The notes beneath the pieces were generated by a model, which saw only the letters and a list, made by a program, of their open reading frames with translations, was not told the origin of the DNA and did not search any database. A program made the position numbers and the translations under genes. Below are positions 17,881 to 25,843 of a stretch of DNA of 34,879 bases, in pieces. Each line of letters starts with the position of its first letter. The stretch's first letter is position 1. Location of the stretch: NCBI GenBank assembly GCA_025928955.1, contig JAICNA010000003.1:1-34879 (forward strand), written 5' to 3'. This DNA comes from Gemmatimonadales bacterium (GTDB lineage Bacteria; Gemmatimonadota; Gemmatimonadetes; Gemmatimonadales; GWC2-71-9).

Positions 17881-18813
17881 TCAGCTGGCCGCCTCGCGCG
17901 GCTCGCCCGGCGGAATCGTGCGCTTCTCCCGCCTCACCCGCACTGCCCCATCCTCCGGCTCGATTCCCTTCCCGCGCGCCGATGCCCACGCCTGCGTGAA
18001 CTCCGCCCCAAGCAGCACGATGATCGACGAATAGTAGATCCAGAGGAGCAGCACGGCGAGCGATCCCGCCGCGCCGTACGCTTCGCCCGGGTTGCTCTTC
18101 CCGAGGTAGAAGCCGATCAGGAACTTGCCGACCATGAAGAGCAGCGCCGTGAATCCTGCCCCGACCCAGACGTCGCGCCAGGCGATCTGCGCATCCGGGA
18201 GCACCTTGAACATCACGGCGAACAGCAGGCCGATCACGAGCAGCGAGATGACGACATTGATCACGAAGAGGAGCGCGGAGGACATGCCGTCCGGCAGGAT
18301 GCCGGCGATCCGGTCGCCCATGGCGGACAGCGCTGCGCTCACGGCGAGCGAAACGAGGAGGAAGAAGGCGATGGCCATGAGGAGGCCGAGCGAGAACACC
18401 CGCTTGCCGATGAACGCCCTGATGCCCCCGCCCTTCGTCTCCACCTCCCACGCACGGTTGAGCGCCTGCTGCAGCTGGAGCAGGGCGCCCGTGGCGCCGA
18501 AGAGGAGCGCGCCGATACCGAGAAGCGTCGGCAGCAGGCCTCCGTCGGGCTGGTCCGCCTCGGAAAGGATCGTCCGCACGCTGCTCCCGGCGCTCGGGCC
18601 CATGAGCGACTGAAGCTGCCGCTCGAGGCCACCGCGCACGTCCTCGGGATCCATGACCGCGCCGAGCACGAGGAGGAGGAGCACGAGCACCGCGGGAAGG
18701 GAGAACACCGTATAGTAGGAAAGCGCCGCGGCGGCGCTCATGCAGTCGTCATCGAGGAAGTCCCTGACGCCGCGCTTCACGACGCCGAAGACCCCGCGCT
18801 TCTCTCGTTCCAT
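17881..18813 (-). CDS. YihY/virulence factor BrkB family membrane protein
   Basis: AAALSYYTVFSLP, LQQALNRAW, FKVLPD, VWVGA, YGAAGSLAVLLLWIYYSSIIVLLGAEF. Confidence 0.92.
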   Translation of the reverse strand: MEREKRGVFGVVKRGVRDFLDDDCMSAAAALSYYTVFSLPAVLVLLLLVLGAVMDPEDVRGGLERQLQSLMGPSAGSSVRTILSEADQPDGGLLPTLLGIGALLFGATGALLQLQQALNRAWEVETKGGGIRAFIGKRVFSLGLLMAIAFFLLVSLAVSAALSAMGDRIAGILPDGMSSALLFVINVVISLLVIGLLFAVMFKVLPDAQIAWRDVWVGAGFTALLFMVGKFLIGFYLGKSNPGEAYGAAGSLAVLLLWIYYSSIIVLLGAEFTQAWASARGKGIEPEDGAVRVRREKRTIPPGEPREAAS

Positions 18814-18866
18814 TGCATCGACCCCGTTCAGGACGCCCCAAGATGACGCACGCCGCTCCGCGAACG

Positions 18867-18882
18867 GGTGACGCGAGTCACG
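18867..18882. promoter_or_regulatory. CRP/FNR-like palindromic site
   Basis: gGTGA-CGCGAG-TCACg (GTGA-N6-TCAC) between the divergent yihY and epimerase starts. Confidence 0.35.
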
Positions 18883-18955
18883 CGGTGGGGCTCTGTCCAT
18901 CCGTCAGGCGCGTCCCATGGCGCGCCCCACACGGCCCATTCATATTCGCCGTTCG

Positions 18956-20275
18956 ATGAGACGTCTCGCCGCATCGATTCGCCGCCGCCTCGGGGCCCGC
19001 CGCATCCCACTCCCACCCGGCCAGGCGGGTGACGAGCTGCGCGAGCGCGTGCTCGGCACCGCTCCCCGCCTCGAGCGCATCCTCTTCGAGAACATCCTGC
19101 CCTTCTGGTACCCGCGCGTCCTCGACCTGAAGCACGGTGGCTATCACCTGAATCACGGCCCCGACGGCACATCGCTCGGCCCGGCGCGGAAGAGCCTCGT
19201 CGGGACGGCCCGGACGCTCTGGTTCTTTTCCAGGATGGCACGTGCGGGGCACCAGCGCGATGCGATGCTGGAGGCGGCCCGGCACGGGTACGACTTCCTC
19301 GTGACGAGCTTCCTCGATGACCGGCACGGCGGGTTCTACTGGCACGTTTCCGAGGACGGCGCGGTGCCGCTCGATGCGACGAAGCATCAGTACGGACAGG
19401 CGTTCGCGATCTTCGCCCTCGCGGAATACGCGATGGCGACGGGATCCGAAGGGCCTGCACTGGTCGCGGAGGAGGCCTGCGAGCTGGTGGAGCTGCACCT
19501 GCGCGATCCGGAGCGCGGCGGATACTGGGACCAGCTCGAGCGGACCTGGGGGCCGGGGGCGCTCGAGCCGACCCGCACGCGAGGCGGCGCCAAGTATCTC
19601 GGCTCGATGCACCACCTGATGGAGGCGTACACCTGGCAGGCCCGGGCGCGGCCGGGGTCCATCGCAGCCGCCCGTCTCCCGGAGCTCATCCTCGTCTGTG
19701 CGAATGCGGTCGTCCGCATGCGGGAAGGCGCGCTGACCGACGCGCACCGACCCGACTGGTCGCCGCTCCTCGATGAGGAGCACGCGCGCGTCTCCTACGG
19801 TCACGACATCGAGACGATCCATCTCCTCATCGCCGCATGCGAGGCCGCGGGCGTCACGCCGCACGTGCTCTCCGGCCTCTATCGCGCGCTCCTGCAGAAC
19901 GCGCTGGCGCACGGGCACGACCGGCGGAAGGGCGGCTTCCACTACATGGGGCCGCTCGGGAAGCGGGCGGATCGCCGCGAGAAGATCTGGTGGGTACAGG
20001 CGGAGGCACTGCTCGGTACTCTCGAGATGTACCGGATCACCGGCGATCGCGCGCCCGCCGAGACGTACCTCTCTACGCTGGGCTGGGTCGAATCACGGCA
20101 GGTGGACTGGACGCATGGAGAGTGGCACGCGACCGTGCCCCCGCGCGGCCGCCCCTACGGCAGGAAGGCCGACGCCTGGAAAGGGCCGTACCACTCCGGC
20201 CGCGCGGTCATTCACTCACTGGAGGCGCTGGCGGCGCTGAGGGCGCCACGCGACGGCGACCGATCGAGCGCTTGA
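18956..20275 (+). CDS. AGE family epimerase (cellobiose 2-epimerase-like)
   Basis: NILPFW, ARTLWFFS, GGFYW, KHQYGQAFAIFALAEY, HLMEA, SYGHDIE, WWVQAE, WKGPYHSGRA. Start could also be 18917. Confidence 0.9.
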   Translation: MRRLAASIRRRLGARRIPLPPGQAGDELRERVLGTAPRLERILFENILPFWYPRVLDLKHGGYHLNHGPDGTSLGPARKSLVGTARTLWFFSRMARAGHQRDAMLEAARHGYDFLVTSFLDDRHGGFYWHVSEDGAVPLDATKHQYGQAFAIFALAEYAMATGSEGPALVAEEACELVELHLRDPERGGYWDQLERTWGPGALEPTRTRGGAKYLGSMHHLMEAYTWQARARPGSIAAARLPELILVCANAVVRMREGALTDAHRPDWSPLLDEEHARVSYGHDIETIHLLIAACEAAGVTPHVLSGLYRALLQNALAHGHDRRKGGFHYMGPLGKRADRREKIWWVQAEALLGTLEMYRITGDRAPAETYLSTLGWVESRQVDWTHGEWHATVPPRGRPYGRKADAWKGPYHSGRAVIHSLEALAALRAPRDGDRSSA

Positions 20276-20936
20276 GCATGGTGAACATGTCCTCCGCGCT
20301 CGCGTTCCAGTTGGCGGTGAGGTTCCGCCCGTGCCTGCGACGGCGGACGAGGACGTCCGGCACGCATTCGGTCACGATGCCCGCCTCCCGCGCCCGGAAG
20401 TGCCAGTCGGTATCCTCGCCGGTGCGGAGCGCCGGGTCGAACGGCCCGATCCGGTCGAACAGCTCCCGCCGCATGAGCATCAGCGGTGGACCATGCGCGA
20501 GATGCGGCTGCGCGAGCCACGTGTCCCGCGCCCGCTCCTCGATCTCCCTGAGCTCCGGCTCCCAGAAGTTCTGGAGGTAGCCGACGCAGAGGTCGATCGA
20601 CGGATTGCGTCGGAAGCAGTCCATCTGCCGCTCGAGCTTGTCCGGCACCCAGAGGTCGTCCGCGTCCTGGAAGGTGAGCCATCCCCCGCGCGCTTCCGCC
20701 ACGCCGCGGTTGCGCGCAGCCGAGGGGCCGGCGTTCGGCTGGAAGAACGTGCGGATCCTGTCGCCGAACCCCGCGAGGATGTCCTCGGTCCCGTCGGTGG
20801 ACCCGTCGTCGACCACGATGACCTCGAGGGGTCGGTAGGCCTGCGCCAGGACGCTCTCGATGCTCGCGGCGACGAATCGTGCCCCGTTGTACACAGGGAT
20901 GACGCAGCTGACGAGGTCCGGATCGTATCGGGTCAC
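20208..20936 (-). CDS. GT2 (family A) glycosyltransferase
   Basis: VSCVIPVYN, VVDDGSTD, NAGPSAARNRG, FQDADD, GEDTDW. Confidence 0.92.
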   Translation of the reverse strand: MTRYDPDLVSCVIPVYNGARFVAASIESVLAQAYRPLEVIVVDDGSTDGTEDILAGFGDRIRTFFQPNAGPSAARNRGVAEARGGWLTFQDADDLWVPDKLERQMDCFRRNPSIDLCVGYLQNFWEPELREIEERARDTWLAQPHLAHGPPLMLMRRELFDRIGPFDPALRTGEDTDWHFRAREAGIVTECVPDVLVRRRRHGRNLTANWNASAEDMFTMLKRSIGRRRVAPSAPPAPPVSE

Positions 20937-21631
20937 GAGGACGGCACCTCCTTCCGTCGGTCCTTGTTGCGCTTGAGCAGCGCGAGAAATTCGTCGCGGC
21001 TCTGCGGGGCGGCCTTCCGCGAGCGGTTGTTCGCGTGGATGCGGCGGCGCAGGAGCACGTCTGGCAGCAGCTCACCGCGCAGGCCGGCCTCCCGGGCGCG
21101 CAGGAACCAGTCGGCCGAATCGCCGTGGCCGAGCTCGGCGTTCATCGGGCCGACGCGGTCGAAGGCCGCCCGCCGCGCGAGCAGCGTCGGCGACACCCAT
21201 CCCGCGATCGGCTCCGAACGCCGGTGGCCCCTGTAGCGGTCCGCCTCGTCCTGCATCTCCTCGACCCAGAAGTTCTGCACGTGCGCCACGCAGAAATCGA
21301 GCTCCGGTTTCGCGTCGAGCAGCGCCAGCTGCACCGCCAGCTTCTCCGGTGTCCACAAGTCGTCGGAGTCGTTGAAGGCGATGAAGTCGCCGCGCGCCAC
21401 GCCGAGGCCGGTGTTCCGCGCGACGGCCGGTCCGGCGTTCGCCTGGCGCAGGCCGCGGACCCGGTCGCCGAAGCGGCGGATCACGGCAGGGGTTCCATCC
21501 GTGGAGCCGTCGTCGACGACGATGATCTCGAGCGGCCGATGCGCCTGGGCGAGGATGCTCTCGATCGACTGCGCGAGGTATGCCTCGCAGTTGAACACCG
21601 GGACGATGCAGCTCACCAGGGGACTGCTCAT
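20933..21631 (-). CDS. GT2 (family A) glycosyltransferase
   Basis: VSCIVPVFN, VVDDGSTD, NAGPAVARNTG, FNDSDD; 4-nt overlaps with both neighbours. Confidence 0.92.
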   Translation of the reverse strand: MSSPLVSCIVPVFNCEAYLAQSIESILAQAHRPLEIIVVDDGSTDGTPAVIRRFGDRVRGLRQANAGPAVARNTGLGVARGDFIAFNDSDDLWTPEKLAVQLALLDAKPELDFCVAHVQNFWVEEMQDEADRYRGHRRSEPIAGWVSPTLLARRAAFDRVGPMNAELGHGDSADWFLRAREAGLRGELLPDVLLRRRIHANNRSRKAAPQSRDEFLALLKRNKDRRKEVPSS

Positions 21632-22689
21632 TCGGCCTCTCCGCGGAGCATGCGGCCGATCGCGTCGGGAATGCCCGGCAGATCGGATCCGAGCTCCAGC
21701 CAGTAGGTGGGTACCGATTCGACGAGCGCGGCCATCGTGTCGAAGCGGGCGCGGCCGGCGCCCAGGAACGGAAGCTGGAACAGTGAGCTGGGCGCGAGCT
21801 GCTTCAGCACGGCAACCTTCGACGCGGGGCGGAATCGCGTCTCGACGCGCGGCACCACGCGCGGAAGCGCAATGGCACGAATCGCCGCGCCGTTGGCGAA
21901 TCCTTCCGGAAACAGCCCCGACAGAAGGACCATGTGCTTGTCTTCGCGCTCGAGCTTCCCCGGCATCGCGTGCGGCACGAGGTCGGGAAACCGCTGGAGG
22001 TGGTGTGGCTCGAAGTGGCTCGATGAATAGAGGCTGTGGCCGAACCAGGTGCCGTCGTCCCGCCGCTCGAGTCCGACATAGTCGTCGGCGAGGTACTGGT
22101 AGCCGGCCCGGAGGCACGTCACGGCCGTCGTCGTCTTCCCCGATCCTCCCGGTCCGCCGAAGAGCACGCCTTCACCGTCGCGGGCGACGAGACCGGCATG
22201 CACGGCCTGGATCCCGCGATCGCGCATCCAGAGGAGGAGCGACGCATGGAGCGGGCGGCCGAGCTCGTACTGGGTGAGCCGTTCCGCCGAGCTCACCCAG
22301 CCGGTCTTCGCGCTCGCCTGGCGGTCGGAGAGCGTCACCGTGCACGGGCTCTGCTGCTTTACGTGCCGTCCGCCGTCGTAAACCATCACGGTGCCGTGAG
22401 CGTTCGGGTCGCTCCCCTCGACGCAATCCTCACAGCCCACGCCTGTCGCCGCTTCGTCCCACAGGTCGATCGTGAGATCGGGCGCGGCGGCGCTTTCGGC
22501 AGCGCGAAGGTGGGCGAGCGGCCGGTCGTATGCGTCGCCGAGTGCGCGTCCGGCGAACCGCATCCGCACCGGACGTCCGGCGATGCGGTAGTCTCGCACC
22601 ACGACCTGGTCCGGTTGGGCCGCGCAGGCCGCGCGGAACGCGCCCGACAGCCGCTCGTACGTGGCGACACCAGCCGCGCTGGAATTCAT
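21628..22689 (-). CDS. HPr-kinase-related P-loop kinase (lasso-peptide-kinase-like)
   Basis: VHAGLV (His), Walker A GPGGSGKTT, YLADDY (DD motif); SD GGAG; ATGA overlaps at both ends; 353 aa. Confidence 0.85.
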   Translation of the reverse strand: MNSSAAGVATYERLSGAFRAACAAQPDQVVVRDYRIAGRPVRMRFAGRALGDAYDRPLAHLRAAESAAAPDLTIDLWDEAATGVGCEDCVEGSDPNAHGTVMVYDGGRHVKQQSPCTVTLSDRQASAKTGWVSSAERLTQYELGRPLHASLLLWMRDRGIQAVHAGLVARDGEGVLFGGPGGSGKTTTAVTCLRAGYQYLADDYVGLERRDDGTWFGHSLYSSSHFEPHHLQRFPDLVPHAMPGKLEREDKHMVLLSGLFPEGFANGAAIRAIALPRVVPRVETRFRPASKVAVLKQLAPSSLFQLPFLGAGRARFDTMAALVESVPTYWLELGSDLPGIPDAIGRMLRGEAE

Positions 22690-23903
22690 GCGATCTCCGC
22701 CTCGAGGGAGCCCGGCATCCTGACCCGTCGCACGCGCTCGCGGAAGGCGGCGATGCCATGGTGCCAGATCCGGTATGGGTAGAGCAGTGGAACCGGCAAT
22801 CGCCGGCCGCGGTAGGCGTGACGCAGGTACGACGCCGAGGGGAAGAGCAGCCAGCCGAGTGCCCAGAGCCTGGGCCGAACACCTCCCGGGACGCGACGCA
22901 CGAGTGCGAGCGCCGGCAGCCCGGCCCGAGCCCCGTAGAGCGCAATGTCGCGGGCGATCGGCGAGGCCTCGCGTGCCAGGCTGTCGAGCCGATCGAGCAC
23001 CGCTCCCGGGATCGGACTCTCGAGCTCTTCCGCGAGATAGCGCAGCATCACCGAAACCGGCAGCGCAAGGCGCGCTGCTGCAGCTCCGCTGACGGCGACT
23101 TCCCAATCGATCTCGGGACCGCGATGGATCAGCAGCCATGCATCGATGACCCATCGAAGACTCCCGCGAACCGGGCTCTGCGACGCGCCGCCGCAGATGT
23201 GCAGGAGCTGGTCGGCGGCGCCGAGCGTCCGCACGCGCTCGCCGAGCAGGGCGCGCCGCTCGGCGCGACCGTGCATCCCGGGGAGCTCCGCGGCATAGTA
23301 CGGATCGAGAAAGAGCGATGAGTGGATCTCGACCGGGAGACCCGACGGATGTACCAGGCGGACGCCGCCCGGCAGACGATCGGGATCGTCGGCCCGCTCC
23401 GTGAACCCTGCCGCCCGCGCGGCATCCACGGCGCGCTCGAGTTCGGCGGGCGGAACGAAGAGGTCGATGTCGTGGGTGTGGCGGCGGAACGGCTCCGGAT
23501 ACACCGTCTCGGCCAGCACGATCCCGCGCAGGAGGATCGCATCGACGCCACGATCCGCGAGTGATGCGATCAGGCTGCGCGCGAGTCGCCGCACGGTCTC
23601 GTAGCGAACCCGCTCGCGCGCGGCGGCCATGCGGAGCACCCGCAGGGAGTCGCCGCCGACGTGCGGTGCGCCATCGGCGTCCGCCGCCCTCGCTTCGAGC
23701 AACGGGCTCAGCGTCCGCAGCGCGGCCCGCTGCGGGGCCGGGAGGAGCTGCGGCCGCTCGAGCTCGGGCGCAATGCCGGCGAGCGCGCGGCGACCCGCTT
23801 CACCCCGAAGGAGCGCAGCGCGGAGCAGCCGCGTCTGCCCGCCGTCGGGCAGCAGCAGCGCGAGGCCCGACGTGAGAGCGGCCTCGCGAGCAGTCACAGC
23901 CAT
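22686..23903 (-). CDS. Nucleotidyltransferase family protein (NTP_transf_5-like)
   Basis: ILLRGIVLAETVYPEPFRRHTHDIDLFV, VEIH, DQLLHIC, LRWVIDAWLL, IDWE. Confidence 0.85.
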   Translation of the reverse strand: MAVTAREAALTSGLALLLPDGGQTRLLRAALLRGEAGRRALAGIAPELERPQLLPAPQRAALRTLSPLLEARAADADGAPHVGGDSLRVLRMAAARERVRYETVRRLARSLIASLADRGVDAILLRGIVLAETVYPEPFRRHTHDIDLFVPPAELERAVDAARAAGFTERADDPDRLPGGVRLVHPSGLPVEIHSSLFLDPYYAAELPGMHGRAERRALLGERVRTLGAADQLLHICGGASQSPVRGSLRWVIDAWLLIHRGPEIDWEVAVSGAAAARLALPVSVMLRYLAEELESPIPGAVLDRLDSLAREASPIARDIALYGARAGLPALALVRRVPGGVRPRLWALGWLLFPSASYLRHAYRGRRLPVPLLYPYRIWHHGIAAFRERVRRVRMPGSLEAEIA

Positions 23904-23912
23904 GGCGAGAGA

Positions 23913-24350
23913 TTATCCGGCGACGGTCGCGTCGCCCCAGGCCGACTCGTCGAGCCCGGGCATCGGAGGATCGAGTGCGAGCAGGTCCGCCATGTCGGTG
24001 AACTTCTGCAGCGACGGCGTGGCGTATTCGGCCTGCATGCTCACGTACGGGACCGCAGCTGGAGCGGGGCGCTCGGCGACGACCAGAAGCTCCTCGGCGA
24101 GGAGGTCATCGACGACGGCGTCGACGTCGCGCTCGAGCATCTCACGCGCCACGTCGAAGCGCTCGGCGAGCGCGGAGACGGATTCCTCGCGGCTGCACCC
24201 CTGCTCGAGCAGCTCCCAGAGCGCGGCGCCTACGCCGTCCATGCTGTAATACGCTCCGGTCGCCAGGTTCATGATGATGGCTTCGCCATCGATCACCTTG
24301 CCGGTCACGTCGCCGCTCCGGAGCTGATATCGCACCGCTGCATCGGACAT
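23913..24350 (-). CDS. PqqD-family RiPP recognition element (RRE) with a fused C-terminal leader-like peptide
   Basis: SD GAGG. The first ~90 aa (VIDGEAIIMNLATGAYYSMDGVGAALWELL...LAERFDV...DVDAVVDDLLAEELL) match the PqqD pattern; tail EYATPSLQKFTDMADLLALDPPMPGLDESAWGDATVAG; 145 aa. Confidence 0.88.
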   Translation of the reverse strand: MSDAAVRYQLRSGDVTGKVIDGEAIIMNLATGAYYSMDGVGAALWELLEQGCSREESVSALAERFDVAREMLERDVDAVVDDLLAEELLVVAERPAPAAVPYVSMQAEYATPSLQKFTDMADLLALDPPMPGLDESAWGDATVAG

Positions 24351-24405
24351 CGTTGGCCTCGTTTGAAGTTCCAGGGTTGGTACGTGCCCTGAGCAGAAAG
24401 CGGGC

Positions 24406-25635
24406 CTACGGAAGGGTTCTCCAGACGCCGAGGTCGCGCCGGCCCGTGTCGGTCGCCAGGCCGAGCGGCGCGCAAAGCGCGATCCAGCATTGGTATAGCG
24501 CGAGCGAAAGCGCCAGCCGCGCGCCGGTGCCGCCCCGTCGCCGGGCGCCGTCCGGATCGTCGGCTCCCTGCCAGACCCACTCCAGCGGCTCCTCCTCACC
24601 GGCCATCAGCCGCCTCAGATGTTGCGTCCGCGCGGCACCGGCAGCGAGCCAGATCTCCTGCAGGAATGCGCCGAGCCCGCGCTCCGGCCCGGTTCCCCTC
24701 GCGATCCCTGATACCGGTGTGAGCAACGCCAGCGCCGCCTGCGCCGCGCGACCGACACCGAGGCGGCGCACCAGGTCGGAAGGGACCGCGGTGCCGAGCA
24801 GGCGATGCGACAGCTGGAGCGACAGCGCCACCGGCGCACCGAGGCCGCCGCGCCTCGCTTCCGCAACCACGGCATCCCAGTCGATCGGGTGTGCCGCAAT
24901 CACCCGGTCGAGATCCACCAGGCGGCGGAGCTTGGAGAAGTGATCCTCGGTGTTCTGCGAGGACAGGTGGAGCACCATGTGCTCGGCACACGGAACGCGC
25001 GCCACCCCGCCGCCGAACTCGACGCGCTCGGCGCGCGCGATGAACTCCCGCGCATCGAGCCGGTGGGTGCTCACGTCGGGCGTCAGCGCCCAGTGCAGCT
25101 CCGCTTCGAACCCGTTCGGGTGATGGAGCGGCAGGTGGAAGTGGTGATCGCGAAAGCCGTCGATCACCGCCTGCGAATCGGGCATCCGGTATCCGGCCGC
25201 CACGAGCCGCTCGACGACGCGATCCATTTCCGCGTCGGGGACGAGGAGGTCGAGGTCGCCGACCGGCCGCTCGACGGGATTGCGATAGGTCGTGAGGCGG
25301 AGCGCAGCGCCCTTGAGCAGGACCGGCGAGAGCCCCTCGCGCGCGAGGAGGGCGAGGACGCGATCGCGCTCCATGTCCCAGAGACGGGCCTGCTGAGCGA
25401 GGGTCCGGAGCGGCGCCGTGATCGCGCTCGAGGTCGCGGCATCGAAGCCATGCGGCGCGCGCGATCGGAAGGCGGAAAGCACCAGGCCCAGCACGCCCTG
25501 GCGCATCGCATAGGCGTGGAACGCACCGCGATCGGCCGCCCGCCCCAGCGGACGCAGCTGGTCGGAATCCAGCTGCTCGGACGCATCCCGGCGGCTGAGC
25601 GCGAGCGTGAGCTCGAAGGCTTCTCCGATCTTCAT
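24406..25635 (-). CDS. Nucleotidyltransferase family protein (NTP_transf_5-like)
   Basis: SD GGGAG; PVLLKGAAL...Y..PVERPVGDLDLLV, ELHWAL, EHMVLHL, LRRLVDLD, IDWD. Confidence 0.87.
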   Translation of the reverse strand: MKIGEAFELTLALSRRDASEQLDSDQLRPLGRAADRGAFHAYAMRQGVLGLVLSAFRSRAPHGFDAATSSAITAPLRTLAQQARLWDMERDRVLALLAREGLSPVLLKGAALRLTTYRNPVERPVGDLDLLVPDAEMDRVVERLVAAGYRMPDSQAVIDGFRDHHFHLPLHHPNGFEAELHWALTPDVSTHRLDAREFIARAERVEFGGGVARVPCAEHMVLHLSSQNTEDHFSKLRRLVDLDRVIAAHPIDWDAVVAEARRGGLGAPVALSLQLSHRLLGTAVPSDLVRRLGVGRAAQAALALLTPVSGIARGTGPERGLGAFLQEIWLAAGAARTQHLRRLMAGEEEPLEWVWQGADDPDGARRRGGTGARLALSLALYQCWIALCAPLGLATDTGRRDLGVWRTLP

Positions 25636-25807
25636 TCAGGCTCCCGGCGCGAATGACGCCCAGTTCCCGTGGCGGCGGTGCGAATTGCTCGAAATCGTTC
25701 GAATGGCCACGCACACGCCCCAGGCGGCGGTGGCGGCGGGCGTGGCGCGGACGAACTGCAGGAAACGTGCACGACGGCTCGCCCCCGATCGGCCCGCAGG
25801 GAGCACC

Positions 25808-25840
25808 TTGCCTCCGGCGTAATTAGATGTATATACATCT
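25808..25840 (+). promoter_or_regulatory. marR promoter with a perfect 16-bp palindromic operator
   Basis: AGATGTATATACATCT (25825-25840) is its own reverse complement; TTGCCT at 25808-25813 as -35, with a TATATA/TATACA -10 inside the palindrome; ATG 3 nt downstream with no SD. Confidence 0.75.
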
Positions 25841-25843
25841 TTC

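Noticed and set aside
20208-25635. Calling this a canonical lasso peptide or PQQ cluster
   Set aside because: No asparagine-synthetase-like cyclase, B2 peptidase or pqqABCE genes are in the window.
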